DNA of 40,000 nt. Source: an uncultured Alphaproteobacteria bacterium. GTDB lineage: Bacteria > Pseudomonadota > Alphaproteobacteria > Rhizobiales > Beijerinckiaceae. Position 1 is the stretch's first letter. Each line of letters starts with the position of its first letter. The position numbers and the translations under genes are program-made. The notes below the pieces were generated by a model. It had not been told where the DNA came from, searched no databases, and saw only the letters and a list, made by a program, of their open reading frames with translations. The stretch is taken from positions 290,936 through 330,935 of the forward strand of contig CAWHHH010000008.1 of the NCBI GenBank assembly GCA_963829075.1, read 5' to 3'. This document shows, one piece after another, positions 8,517 through 18,361 of the stretch.

Positions 8517-9929
8517 CTACCCCCGGTTATAGGCGTCCTGGAAGCGGACGATGTCGTCCTCGCCCAGATAGGAGCCGGTCTGCACCTCGATGAGCTCCAG
8601 GTCGATCTTGCCGGGATTGGTCAGCCGGTGCTTGCAGCCCATCGGCAGATAGATCGACTCGTTCTCGTGCACGAGCTTGGTGAGATCGTCGCAATCGACC
8701 TCGGCCGTGCCCTTCACGACGATCCAATGCTCGGCGCGGTGGAAATGCATCTGCAGCGACAGGCGCTCGCCGGGCTTCACGACGATGCGCTTGACCTGGT
8801 AGCGCGAGCCGGCGTCGATCGACTGGTAATAGCCCCAGGGGCGGAAGATGCGCTTGTGCTCGCCCGCCTCGCGCCGGTTCTCGCGCTGCAATTTTTGCAC
8901 GAGCTGCTTGACCTTGTCGCCGTGATCCTGATGCAGCACCAGCACGGCGTCCTGCGTCGTCACGACGATCACGTCGGAGACGCCGACGACAGTGGTGAGC
9001 GTCTCCTCCGAGCGCACATGCACATTGGTCGCGTCCATCACGACGCCGTGGCCGCGCACGGAATTGCCGTGCTGGTCGCGCTCGGAGAGCTCCCAGACCG
9101 CGCGCCAGCTGCCGACGTCCGACCAGCCGATGTCGGCCGGAATCAGCGCCGCCTGGGTCGTCTGCTCCATCACCGCATAGTCGATCGACTTCTTGGGCGC
9201 GTGCTGGAACGCCGCGGCGTCCAGCACGAGGAAGCCCAGATCCGTTTTCGCCCCCTCGATCGCGGCCTCGGCCGCGGCGGCGATCGCCGGCTCGAATTTG
9301 GCGATCTCGGCCTGCATCACGTCGGCGCGGAAGATGAAGTTGCCGCTGTTCCAGAAATAGCCCTGCTCGACATAGCTCTGCGCCGTCGCGCGGTCGGGCT
9401 TCTCGACGAAAGCCTCGAGCTTCAAGACCTCGCCGCCGTCGTGAGTTGGCGCGCCGGGACGCAGATAGCCATAGCCCGTCGCCGGCGCGTCCGGCTTCAC
9501 GCCGAGCGTGACGATATAGCCTTCCTTGGCCGCTTCCGCCGCCTTCTTGCACAGATCGACGAGCCCCGGCTGATCGCGCACGACATGGTCGGCCGCAAGC
9601 ACCACGACGACGGTCTGCGGCGACCGGCGCGCCGCAAGGCCCGCCGCCACCGCGACCGCGGGACCCGAATCGCGGCGCATCGGCTCGAGCACGATGTCGG
9701 CCTGCGCGCCGATCTCGCGCAGCTGGTCGGCGATCAGAAAGCGGTAGTCCACGCTCGAGACCACGATCGGCCGCTCGAAGGCCGGATCGTCGAGCATCAG
9801 CATCGTCGTCTGGAAGGTCGAACGCTCCCCGATCAGCGGGATGAACTGCTTGGGCAGCGTCTCGCGCGATTCCGGCCAAACCCGCGTGCCCGAGCCGCCG
9901 CACATGATCACGGGCAGGATTTTCGTCAT
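8517..9929 (-). CDS. manC: Mannose-1-phosphate guanylyltransferase / mannose-6-phosphate isomerase (type II PMI-GMP)
   Basis: The internal ATG at 9929 gives MTKILPVIMCGGSGTRVWPESRETLPKQF (nucleotidyltransferase G-rich loop). A C-terminal cupin follows (RPWGYYQSID...VKRIVVKPGERLSLQMHFHRAEHWIVVKGTA). 470 aa. Confidence 0.93.
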   Translation of the reverse strand: MTKILPVIMCGGSGTRVWPESRETLPKQFIPLIGERSTFQTTMLMLDDPAFERPIVVSSVDYRFLIADQLREIGAQADIVLEPMRRDSGPAVAVAAGLAARRSPQTVVVVLAADHVVRDQPGLVDLCKKAAEAAKEGYIVTLGVKPDAPATGYGYLRPGAPTHDGGEVLKLEAFVEKPDRATAQSYVEQGYFWNSGNFIFRADVMQAEIAKFEPAIAAAAEAAIEGAKTDLGFLVLDAAAFQHAPKKSIDYAVMEQTTQAALIPADIGWSDVGSWRAVWELSERDQHGNSVRGHGVVMDATNVHVRSEETLTTVVGVSDVIVVTTQDAVLVLHQDHGDKVKQLVQKLQRENRREAGEHKRIFRPWGYYQSIDAGSRYQVKRIVVKPGERLSLQMHFHRAEHWIVVKGTAEVDCDDLTKLVHENESIYLPMGCKHRLTNPGKIDLELIEVQTGSYLGEDDIVRFQDAYNRG

Positions 9930-9980
9930 GATCCGCCTTTCAATGAAGAGCGTCTCGCTACCGGCGCGCCGCCACGCTCT

Positions 9981-10093
9981 AGCGCGCTTTCCGCTCGAAC
10001 GGAATCGTTCGAGCGATAAGAAATCGCGCCAGATCAAAAAGCTGGAGCGAGTTCTGATCGCAAAAGTCTGTCAACTTTTGCGGAACTCGCTCT
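9981..10093 (-). repeat. 113-bp two-hairpin intergenic repeat, copy A (inverted relative to copy B at 37009-37121)
   Basis: The reverse complement of 9981-10093 aligns without gaps to 37009-37121 with 107/113 identities (hand-aligned). It contains a 19-bp interrupted stem (GAGCGAGTTC-CGCAAAAGT / ACTTTTGCG-atca-GAACTCGCTC) and a 10-bp stem (CGCTCGAACG attc CGTTCGAGCG). It lies between the helicase stop and the manC start. Confidence 0.9.
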
Positions 10094-10155
10094 GTGGCCA
10101 AAGCGCGCAGGATGCGCGATCTCGTCGAGATTCTAGAAGCAGGAGCCCCAGGGCC

Positions 10156-13100
10156 TTACGTCTTGCCTTTCTTCTCCAGCTCGGCCTTCAGGGCGAGAAG
10201 CTTGGCGAAGGGGGAATCCGGATCGGGCAGACGTTCCCTCGGCTTTTTGGGCGCGGCCCCCGGGTTGCGGTTTCTCTCGTCGCGCGGCCCGCGATAATCG
10301 GCTCGGCGCTCGCCACGGCCGCCGCCGGCTTCGTTTTTATGAGGTTGCCGCGGCGGGCGCGGGGAATGACGTTCAGCCTCCTCGCCCTCGGCTCGAGCGG
10401 GCGCGGCGCTCTCGCCCTCGGCGCGCGGCGCGGGGAAGCGGCGCGGCCCGCGCTCGCGCTCGGCGCCATGTCGAGGGCCGCGCGCCTCGCCGCCGCCGTG
10501 ATGACGGCGCGGTCCCTGCGCCGAATGGCGCTGAAGGGTCCAGACCTCGATCATCGCGACCGTCGCCTCGGATTCCGGCGACGCGGTCTCTTGCGGCTGG
10601 ATTTCGCTTTGCGGCGATTCCGCGGGCGCCGTCGCCTCAGGCTCGGACGCGGCCTCCGGCGAGGGGACGCCTTCCGCTTCGAGAGCCGCTGGCGTTTCGA
10701 CGGCGGCCGGCTCTTGCGGCGCCTCCATTGAGGTCTCGACGGCCGGCTCTTCAGACGTTTCCGTTGGGGTTTCGGCGGTCGACGCCGCCTCGGCGGCGCT
10801 CGACTCCGCGGCTTCGCTGGGGTCCGCCTCGGCGGTCGGCGTCTCGCCTTCCGCCGCCGCAGGCGCGGCGACGACGGGCGTCGTCGGAGCCGCCGGTATG
10901 ATCGGGACGGTAATCGCCGGCCCGGGACGCTGGGCGCCGACATAGCCGAGCGAGCGCAGGATCGAGGCGAAGGCTTCGCCCGAGCAGCCGGTGAGCGACG
11001 TCATCGCCACCGTGACGACGAAGCTGTCCTCGTCGGCGGCGCCAGGGGGCGGGTCGCCGACGCTCGCTCCCGGGCGATAGGCGATCGCGGGGCGGATCAG
11101 ATCGGCGAGGCGCTCCAGAATGTCGACCCGCACGACCCGGTCGCCGCAGAGCCTGTAGCCCGCGGCGCGGTAGAAATCCTTGCCGACATTGGAATCGGCG
11201 GCGAAGGAGGTGCGGCCCGAGGCCGCAAGATGCGGCGCCTCTTCGAGGCCTTTCACGCCCTCGAGCCCGCCGTGGCGGAGCGCCCAGAGCAGCGAGGCGA
11301 ACGAGCGGGGCGCGGGCTTCAGCAGGAGCGGCAGATAAAGATGATAGGCCCCAAAGCGCACGCCGAGCTTGCGCAGCGCCGCGCGGTCCTCCTGCGAGAA
11401 ATTCCGGATATCCCTCGCGACGCGGGCGCGCTCCAGCACGCCGAGCTCTTCGGCGATCTGAAAGGCGACGCCGCGGACCGTCCCGGCAAGTCCTTCGCCC
11501 GCCTCGAGCGGCTCGAGCGCGCCGAGGAGCTTCTTGATCCGCTGGGCGAGCCACAGCTCCAGCCGACGCTTCACCTTGTCGACCAGGGCTTCGCCGATCT
11601 CGGGGTCGGCGAGCACCTGCGCGGTGGGCTTCAAGACGCCCGGCCCCGGCGCGATCCTGCCGACGGGCTCGCCGAGCCAGCGGATCGTCCCGTCGTTTGC
11701 GAGCGCGAAAGCCTCGTCCACCGCATCGGCGATCCGGGTCGCGCGGGCATCATATTCGGCGCCGAGCGCCCGCTGCGCGGCGGCGTTGAGCGCCTTGGCC
11801 GCCTCGCCGGCCACGCTCGGGTCCGCCGTGAAGCGGAAGCCCTGGAGCGATCCGACATGCTGGCCTTCAACGATGACGTCGCCCCCGGAAGTGATCTCGG
11901 CTTCAAGCATTGCGTTCTCTCTGAGGCGCCGCATCAGAACGCTGGCGCGGCGGTCGACGAAGCGCTGAATGAGGCCTTCGTGCAGCGCGGAGGATATCCT
12001 GTCCTCTACCCGACGCGCGACGCCCTGCCAATGGGCGGCGTCGTCCAGCCAGCCGGCTCGGTTTGCGACGAAGCACCATGTTCTAACCTGCGCGAGGCGA
12101 TTGGCAAGGGTCGAGATATCGCCCTCGACCACGTCGACCGCGGCGATCTGGCGGGCGATCCAGTCGGGCGGGATTTTTCCGCGTCTCGCGACAAAGGCGA
12201 AGATCGTCGCCGCGAGCTCCGCATGCGCGGCCGGCGAGGTCTTGCGATAGTCGGGAATCTGGCAGGCTTCCCACAAGCGCTCCACGTCGGCTCTGACCTT
12301 GGCGTTGCGGCGCACGCGCTCGTCGCGAGCGAGAATTTCGAGCGCGAGCTGATCCTCTCGGGGGGGCGCGCGCACGAGCCCGGCCTCCTTGGGCGGGCGA
12401 TCGAGCGAGGCGGCGAGGTCCTCGATCGACGAGAAGTCGAGCTCGGGATTGCGCCATTGCAGCGTCCCGACGGGATCGAAACGATGCGCCTCCAGCGCTT
12501 CGATCAGCTCTTCGTCGAAAGGCGGGCAGCGCCCGGTCGTCGCAAAAGCGCCGTCGCTCATGTGCCGCCCGGCGCGGCCGGCGATCTGCCCGAGCTCGGC
12601 GCTCGTCAGCCGGCGATGGCGCCAGCCGTCGAATTTTCTGTCGGAGGCGAAGGCGATCAGATCGATGTCGAGATTGAGCCCCATGCCGATCGCGTCGGTC
12701 GCGACGATATAGTCGACCTCGCCGCTCTGATAGAGCTCGACCTGCGCATTACGCGTCTTGGGGGAGAGCGCGCCGAGCACGACGGCCGCGCCGCCGCGCT
12801 GGCGCTTGATCCACTCGGCGATCGCATAGACTTCTTCCGCCGAGAAGGCGACGACGGCGCTGCGCGGCGGCAGGCGCACGATCTTGCGCGCGCCCGCATG
12901 CGTCAGTCGCGACAGCCGCGGGCGTGAGAAAATCGGCGCGCCGGGAACGAAGCGCTGGATCACCGGCGCGAGCGTCTGCGCGCCGATCAGCAGCGTCTCG
13001 ATCCTGCCGCGCCAGCGCAGCAGGCGATCGGTGAAGATGTGGCCGCGGTCGAAATCGGCGGCGAGCTGCGCCTCGTCGATCGCCACGAACTCGACGTCGA

Positions 13101-13449
13101 GATCGCGCGGCATGGCTTCGACCGTCGCGACCCAGTAGTCGGGCGAGGGCGGCTTGATCTTCTCCTCGCCCGTGACGAGCGCCACCTTGTCCGCGCCGAC
13201 CTTCTGGACGACGCGCCCATAGACCTCGCGCGCGAGCAATCGCAGCGGCAGGCCGATCATGCCGCTCTTGAAGGAGAGCATCCGCTCGATCGCGTGATGC
13301 GTCTTGCCGGTGTTGGTCGGCCCGAGCAGCGCCGCGACGCCGTCGCGCCGCGACTTGCCGTTCCCGCTGGCCGGCGACTGCGGGACGGGCCCGCCGCCGA
13401 GCGGCGCCTCCGCCGAAACCTTGCCTTGCCGCTCCAGATACTCGCTCAC
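10156..13449 (-). CDS. Suv3-like superfamily-2 ATP-dependent (RNA) helicase with long disordered C-terminal tail
   Basis: 1097 aa with a GTG start. Walker A GPTNTGKTH, DEAQ box (VAIDEAQL), TDAIGMGLN and QIAGRAGR motifs match Suv3/MgpS-type helicases. The C-terminal ~300 aa form a Pro/Glu/Ala-rich acidic stretch followed by an Arg-rich basic stretch. Confidence 0.9.
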   Translation of the reverse strand: MSEYLERQGKVSAEAPLGGGPVPQSPASGNGKSRRDGVAALLGPTNTGKTHHAIERMLSFKSGMIGLPLRLLAREVYGRVVQKVGADKVALVTGEEKIKPPSPDYWVATVEAMPRDLDVEFVAIDEAQLAADFDRGHIFTDRLLRWRGRIETLLIGAQTLAPVIQRFVPGAPIFSRPRLSRLTHAGARKIVRLPPRSAVVAFSAEEVYAIAEWIKRQRGGAAVVLGALSPKTRNAQVELYQSGEVDYIVATDAIGMGLNLDIDLIAFASDRKFDGWRHRRLTSAELGQIAGRAGRHMSDGAFATTGRCPPFDEELIEALEAHRFDPVGTLQWRNPELDFSSIEDLAASLDRPPKEAGLVRAPPREDQLALEILARDERVRRNAKVRADVERLWEACQIPDYRKTSPAAHAELAATIFAFVARRGKIPPDWIARQIAAVDVVEGDISTLANRLAQVRTWCFVANRAGWLDDAAHWQGVARRVEDRISSALHEGLIQRFVDRRASVLMRRLRENAMLEAEITSGGDVIVEGQHVGSLQGFRFTADPSVAGEAAKALNAAAQRALGAEYDARATRIADAVDEAFALANDGTIRWLGEPVGRIAPGPGVLKPTAQVLADPEIGEALVDKVKRRLELWLAQRIKKLLGALEPLEAGEGLAGTVRGVAFQIAEELGVLERARVARDIRNFSQEDRAALRKLGVRFGAYHLYLPLLLKPAPRSFASLLWALRHGGLEGVKGLEEAPHLAASGRTSFAADSNVGKDFYRAAGYRLCGDRVVRVDILERLADLIRPAIAYRPGASVGDPPPGAADEDSFVVTVAMTSLTGCSGEAFASILRSLGYVGAQRPGPAITVPIIPAAPTTPVVAAPAAAEGETPTAEADPSEAAESSAAEAASTAETPTETSEEPAVETSMEAPQEPAAVETPAALEAEGVPSPEAASEPEATAPAESPQSEIQPQETASPESEATVAMIEVWTLQRHSAQGPRRHHGGGEARGPRHGAERERGPRRFPAPRAEGESAAPARAEGEEAERHSPRPPRQPHKNEAGGGRGERRADYRGPRDERNRNPGAAPKKPRERLPDPDSPFAKLLALKAELEKKGKT

Positions 13450-13458
13450 CCGCGACCC

Positions 13459-13791
13459 CTACGCCTCATGGCGGCGTCTCGCCATCGGTCTGCGGCTCGA
13501 AGGCCGCCGAGCGCAATGCCGAATGTGGAGCACCGTGACGATCCGACGTTCCTCGTCGATCGAGTAGATGATCCGGTAGACGTCGCGCCTCTTGCCAAAC
13601 CGCAGCTGTCGCAATGCGCCGTCCTCCGGGCAGGCCGCTCCTCGACCGGGATTTTGGTCGAGGCTGAAGACAAGCGCTTCCAGTTCGTTGAACCAATCGC
13701 GCGCTCGCCGGGAGTTTTCCGCATCGATGCGACGGTAAAGCCGGCCGAGGTCGCGGGCCGCGCGTTCCGTCAGCTCAACGAGATATCTCAT
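13459..13791 (-). CDS. Type II toxin, RelE/ParE superfamily
   Basis: The internal ATG at 13791 gives MRYLVELTERAARDLGRLYRRI...RQLRFGKRRDVYRIIYSIDEERRIVTVLHIRHCARR, the typical ParE/RelE layout. It overlaps the upstream antitoxin gene by 17 nt. Confidence 0.8.
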   Translation of the reverse strand: MRYLVELTERAARDLGRLYRRIDAENSRRARDWFNELEALVFSLDQNPGRGAACPEDGALRQLRFGKRRDVYRIIYSIDEERRIVTVLHIRHCARRPSSRRPMARRRHEA

Positions 13792-14062
13792 CGGCGGCGC
13801 GCATTGCCTCGAAGACCTCGCGGGCGGGACGGGTCCTGCCGTTTGCGGCGTCCTCAAGCCCCTGCCGAACGCCCTCCGTCGCGCTCGCTTCCGCCGCGAG
13901 GTCCAGGAGACGCTGGTAGGCTTCGGCGTCCTGCACGACGGCCGCCGCCTTGCCGTTCACCGTCAAAACCATCGGGCGCTTGGTCTCTCTGAGATGCGCG
14001 AGAAAGGCCGCCGAATGATTGCGGAAGGAGGTCATCGGCTGGATGTCTTTTGTGATGTCCAT
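13775..14062 (-). CDS. Type II antitoxin, Phd/YefM family
   Basis: The internal ATG at 14062 gives a 95-aa product. MTSFRNHSAAFLAHLRETKRPMVLTVNGKAAAVVQDAEAYQRLLD is the characteristic Phd/YefM N-terminal fold sequence. The rest of the 246-aa track ORF upstream is Arg/Pro-rich and not credible. Confidence 0.8.
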   Translation of the reverse strand: MDITKDIQPMTSFRNHSAAFLAHLRETKRPMVLTVNGKAAAVVQDAEAYQRLLDLAAEASATEGVRQGLEDAANGRTRPAREVFEAMRAADEISR

Positions 14063-14295
14063 CTCGTCGCACGCTCCGAGGCTGATTACCGAATAAGGTA
14101 ATATCATCCGCGCGTTGGCTTGCACAGCCTCTTGGGGAAGGCCGAATTCGATCGAGGCGCAACGGCTCCGGGCTGAATTTATCCAGACCCGCGCCGCGTG
14201 GGCTCGATCCGACTTGATTCCGGCGGTCCGCTGTACAATTCGCGGCCCCGCCGAACGCCCGGAGCCGGATTTATCCCCGATATCCCCGACTTTCC

Positions 14296-14340
14296 CCCAG
14301 ATATAGGGTTTGTGAAGAATTTCGTCACAATATCTTGACG
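14296..14340 (+). promoter_or_regulatory. Candidate tandem NrdR boxes upstream of nrdJ
   Basis: TCACAATATCTTGACG (14325-14340) matches 11/16 positions of the NrdR-box consensus acaCwAtATaTwGtgt as I recall it. A weaker box, CCCAGATATAGGGTTT (14296-14311), lies 29 bp upstream centre-to-centre. They sit about 260 bp upstream of the nrdJ start. Confidence 0.4.
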
Positions 14341-14598
14341 AAGGTCGGCCTTTGGCCCAATCTTTGGAGACTGCGGCGAATGGAGACGCGGGCGCGGGGT
14401 GCGGCGAGATTGCCCCCGGCCGCAATGCGCCGAGCGGCCCCCATTCGCCTGTCCACCGGCGTTCCTGAACAAAGTCTGCGAAACGAAGCGTTTTCACCCG
14501 GCGCGTCGGGGCCAAGCTTGCGCCTTGGCGACACCGGCGCCGACGCCGAACCCTCGCGCCCTAAATAAATACGGGCGCCTCACCAGGAATTGACCACG

Positions 14599-17500
14599 AT
14601 GAGAATCGAGCGGCGCTTCACCTCGGCTGGACAGTCTCCCTACGCTTCGATCGAGTTCCGCGCGGGCCGGAGCGAGATCCGCAATCCGGACGGCTCGGTC
14701 GTGTTCTCGCTCGAGGACATCGAGGTTCCGGCGGCCTGGAGCCAGGTCGCCTGCGACGTGCTGGCGCAGAAATATTTCCGCAAGGCCGGCGTGCCCTTAA
14801 AGCTCAAGCGCGTCGAGGAGAATGCGGTTCCCGCCTCCCTATGGCGCTCGGTCGCGGAGAACGAAGCGCTCGCGGCGCTGCCCAAGGACAAGCGCTACGG
14901 CTCCGAGACCAGCGCCAAGCAGGTCTTCGACCGGCTCGCCGGCGCTTGGACCTATTGGGGCTGGAAGGGCGGCTACTTCGATGCGGAGGAGGACGCCGAG
15001 GCCTTCCTCGACGAGCTTCGCTACATGATGGCGATGCAGATGGCGGCGCCCAATTCTCCGCAGTGGTTCAACACGGGGCTGCATTGGGCCTATGGCGTCG
15101 ACGGCCCGGGGCAGGGGCACTATTACGTCGATTTCTCGAACGGCAAGCTCGTCAAATCCAAGAGCGCCTATGAGCATCCGCAGCCGCACGCCTGCTTCAT
15201 CCAGTCGGTCGCCGACGATCTCGTCAATGACGGCGGCATCATGGACCTCTGGGTGCGCGAGGCGCGGCTCTTCAAATATGGCTCGGGCACGGGCTCGAAC
15301 TTCTCGAAGCTGCGCGGCGAGAAGGAGAAGCTCTCGGGCGGCGGCTCCTCCTCGGGGCTGATGTCCTTCTTGAAGATCGGCGACCGCGCGGCGGGCGCGA
15401 TCAAGTCGGGCGGCACGACGCGGCGCGCGGCGAAAATGGTCATCGTCGACGTCGATCATCCCGACGTCGAGGCCTTCATAGACTGGAAGGTGAAGGAGGA
15501 AGAGAAGGTCGCCGCGCTCGCCGCCGGCTCCAAGATCGTCAAGAAGCATCTGAAGGCGATCCTGCGCGCCTGCGTCAATTGCGAAGGCCCGAACGACGAT
15601 TGCTTCAATCCGGAGATCAATCCGGCCTTGAAGCGCGAGATCAAGCTCGCGCGGCGCGAGGAAGTTCCCGACGCGCTGATCAAGCGCGTGATCCAATACG
15701 CCCGCCAGGGCTTCAAGGACATCGAGTTCGACACCTATGACATCGACTGGGACAGCGAGGCCTATCTGACCGTCTCGGGTCAGAACTCCAACAACACCGT
15801 GCGCGTCACCGACGCCTTCCTCAACGCGGTCGAGAAGGACGAGGACTGGTCGCTGACGCGACGGCTCGACGGCAAGGTCGCAAAGACGCTGAAAGCCCGC
15901 GAGCTCTGGGAGAAGATCGGCTACGCCGCCTGGGCTTCGGCCGATCCCGGCGTTCAGTTTCACACGACGATCAACGACTGGCACACCTGCCCGAAGGGCG
16001 GCGAGATCAGGGCTTCGAATCCCTGCTCGGAGTATATGTTCCTCGACGACACGGCCTGCAATCTCGCGTCGCTGAACCTGCTGCAGTTCAAAAATCCCGA
16101 AACCAAGCGCATCGATGTGGAAGCATACGAGCATGCGACGCGGCTCTGGACGCTCGTGCTCGAAATCTCCGTGCTGATGGCGCAGTTCCCCTCGCGCGAG
16201 ATCGCCCAGCTTTCCTACGATTACCGCACGCTGGGCTTGGGCTACGCCAATCTTGGCGGCCTCTTGATGTCGTCGGGCATCGCCTATGACAGCGCTGAAG
16301 GGCGCGCGATCGGGGGCGCGCTGTCGGCGATCCTGACCGGCGTTTCCTATCGCACGTCGGCGGAAATGGCGCGCGAGCGCGGACCCTTCGCGCGCTTCAT
16401 GGAGAACCGCGAGGCGATGCTGCGCGTGATCCGCAATCACGCGCGCGCCGCGCGCGGCGAGACGGAGGGCTACGAGAAGCTCGCCACGCTTCCCGTGCCG
16501 CTCGACCACGCCGCCTGCCCAGACAAGGCGCTCGTCGAGGCCGCGGTCAACTCCTGGGACGAGGCCTTAAAGCTCGGCGAGATGTACGGCTATCGCAACG
16601 CGCAGGTCTCGGTCCTCGCGCCGACGGGAACGATCGGCCTCGTCATGGATTGCGACACGACCGGCATCGAGCCTGATTTCGCGCTGGTGAAGTTCAAGAA
16701 GCTCGCGGGCGGCGGCTATTTGAAGATCGTCAACCGCGCGGTGCCGGAGGCGCTGCGCGCGCTGGGCTATCCCGAATCCGAGATCGCCGAGATCGAAGCT
16801 TACGCGGTCGGTCACGGCTCGCTTTCCAACGCGCCGGCGATCAACGTCGCGACCTTGCGCGCGAAAGGTTTCACGGACGAGAAGCTCAGCCTCGTCGAAG
16901 CGGCGCTCGCTTCCGCCTTCGACATCAAATTCGTCTTCAACAGATGGACGCTCGGCGTGGATTTCCTGACCGGCGCGTTGAAGATTCCGGCGGCGGCGCT
17001 TGAGGATAAGAATTTCGATCTGCTCACGGCGCTGGGCTTCACGCGCCAGGAGATCGAGTCCGCAAACACGCATATCTGCGGCGCGATGACGTTAGAGGGC
17101 GCGCCTTTCTTGAAGCACGCGCATTATCCGGTCTTCGACTGCGCCAATCCCTGCGGGCGTTTGGGCAAGCGCTATCTCTCGGTCGAATCGCACATTCGCA
17201 TGATGGCGGCGGCGCAGCCTTTCATCACGGGCGCGATCTCGAAGACGATCAACATGCCCAATGACGCGTCGATCGAGGATTGCGAGAAGGCCTATCTGCT
17301 GTCGTGGCGCCTCGGGCTCAAGGCCAACGCGCTTTATCGCGACGGCTCGAAGCTCTCGCAGCCGCTTTCGGCGCAGCTCCTTGCCGTCGACGACGAGGAG
17401 GAAGACGCGGTTGAGCGCGTCGAGGAGCTCCTCGCGCAAAACGCCCCGGCGCGCGCAGCCCAAGTCGCCGAGCGCGTCGTCGAGCGTATCGTGCATCAGC

Positions 17501-18258
17501 TCGTGCGCGAGCGCGAGAAGCTCCCCGATCGCCGCAAGGGATACACGCAGAAGGCCGCGGTCGGCGGGCACAAGGTCTATCTGCGCACCGGCGAATACGT
17601 CGACGGGCGCTTGGGCGAGATCTTCATCGACATGCACAAGGAGGGCGCGGCCTTCCGGAGTCTGATGAACAATTTCGCGATCGCGATCTCGCTCGGACTG
17701 CAATATGGCGTGCCGCTCGAGGAATATGTCGACGCCTTCACCTTCACGCGATTCGAGCCGGCCGGGCTCGTGCAGGGGAATGATGCGATCAAGATGGCGA
17801 CCTCCATTCTCGATTACGTCTTCCGCGAGCTAGCGGTCTCCTATCTCGGCCGACACGATCTCGCGCATGTCTCGCCCGACGACATCGGCCATGACGTGCT
17901 CGGCAAGGGTGAGCATGAGGGCAAGGCGCCGGAGGCCGCGTCGGTCGTCTCGCGCGGGCTGTTGCGCAACAAGACCGACCGTCTGAGCCTGGTGCGCAAC
18001 GCGCCGCAAGCGCTTGTGGCGGGAGCGGCAGTGGCGCTGAAGGCGGAGCCGGAGCTCGCGCCTCAGGACGCGCCGCTCTCTCTTCTTGGCTGGACCGAGC
18101 CCTCGCGAGCCGTCGACGGCGTCGCCGAGAAGCGCGCCGAGGCGCGCATGAAGGGCTATGTCGGCGAAGCCTGTCCGGAGTGCGCGAACTTCACGCTCGT
18201 GCGCAACGGGACTTGCCTGAAGTGCGAGACGTGCGGATCGACGACGGGGTGCTCGTGA
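14599..18258 (+). CDS. nrdJ: Vitamin B12-dependent (class II) ribonucleotide reductase
   Basis: The product starts MRIERRFT at ATG 14599 (an alternative TTG lies at 14590) and is about 1219 aa. Class II RNR active-site region [22 protein letters not shown]; C-terminal Cys cluster [28 protein letters not shown]. Confidence 0.97.
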   Translation: MRIERRFTSAGQSPYASIEFRAGRSEIRNPDGSVVFSLEDIEVPAAWSQVACDVLAQKYFRKAGVPLKLKRVEENAVPASLWRSVAENEALAALPKDKRYGSETSAKQVFDRLAGAWTYWGWKGGYFDAEEDAEAFLDELRYMMAMQMAAPNSPQWFNTGLHWAYGVDGPGQGHYYVDFSNGKLVKSKSAYEHPQPHACFIQSVADDLVNDGGIMDLWVREARLFKYGSGTGSNFSKLRGEKEKLSGGGSSSGLMSFLKIGDRAAGAIKSGGTTRRAAKMVIVDVDHPDVEAFIDWKVKEEEKVAALAAGSKIVKKHLKAILRACVNCEGPNDDCFNPEINPALKREIKLARREEVPDALIKRVIQYARQGFKDIEFDTYDIDWDSEAYLTVSGQNSNNTVRVTDAFLNAVEKDEDWSLTRRLDGKVAKTLKARELWEKIGYAAWASADPGVQFHTTINDWHTCPKGGEIRASNPCSEYMFLDDTACNLASLNLLQFKNPETKRIDVEAYEHATRLWTLVLEISVLMAQFPSREIAQLSYDYRTLGLGYANLGGLLMSSGIAYDSAEGRAIGGALSAILTGVSYRTSAEMARERGPFARFMENREAMLRVIRNHARAARGETEGYEKLATLPVPLDHAACPDKALVEAAVNSWDEALKLGEMYGYRNAQVSVLAPTGTIGLVMDCDTTGIEPDFALVKFKKLAGGGYLKIVNRAVPEALRALGYPESEIAEIEAYAVGHGSLSNAPAINVATLRAKGFTDEKLSLVEAALASAFDIKFVFNRWTLGVDFLTGALKIPAAALEDKNFDLLTALGFTRQEIESANTHICGAMTLEGAPFLKHAHYPVFDCANPCGRLGKRYLSVESHIRMMAAAQPFITGAISKTINMPNDASIEDCEKAYLLSWRLGLKANALYRDGSKLSQPLSAQLLAVDDEEEDAVERVEELLAQNAPARAAQVAERVVERIVHQLVREREKLPDRRKGYTQKAAVGGHKVYLRTGEYVDGRLGEIFIDMHKEGAAFRSLMNNFAIAISLGLQYGVPLEEYVDAFTFTRFEPAGLVQGNDAIKMATSILDYVFRELAVSYLGRHDLAHVSPDDIGHDVLGKGEHEGKAPEAASVVSRGLLRNKTDRLSLVRNAPQALVAGAAVALKAEPELAPQDAPLSLLGWTEPSRAVDGVAEKRAEARMKGYVGEACPECANFTLVRNGTCLKCETCGSTTGCS

Positions 18259-18289
18259 GCTGAAGCGAGCTACGATTCCGGGTCTCAGC

Positions 18290-18324
18290 TTGGGCCTGTC
18301 TTTCGACAGACCCAACTTATTTCC
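18290..18324 (+). terminator. Rho-independent terminator-like hairpin after nrdJ
   Basis: TTGGGCCTGTC tttc GACAGACCCAA (11-bp stem with one mismatch, 18290-18315) followed by the T-rich CTTATTTCC. It starts 32 nt after the nrdJ stop. Confidence 0.6.
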
Positions 18325-18361
18325 GCTTCTGCTGGTTAAGTGATCACGTTCATCTACAAAA

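Noticed and set aside
14063-14598. Possible cobalamin riboswitch in the long nrdJ leader
   Set aside because: I could not find the conserved B12-box (GCCACTG-like core) or the GGTG/GGGAA-type conserved segments. In addition, B12 riboswitches typically repress B12-independent RNR genes rather than B12-dependent nrdJ.
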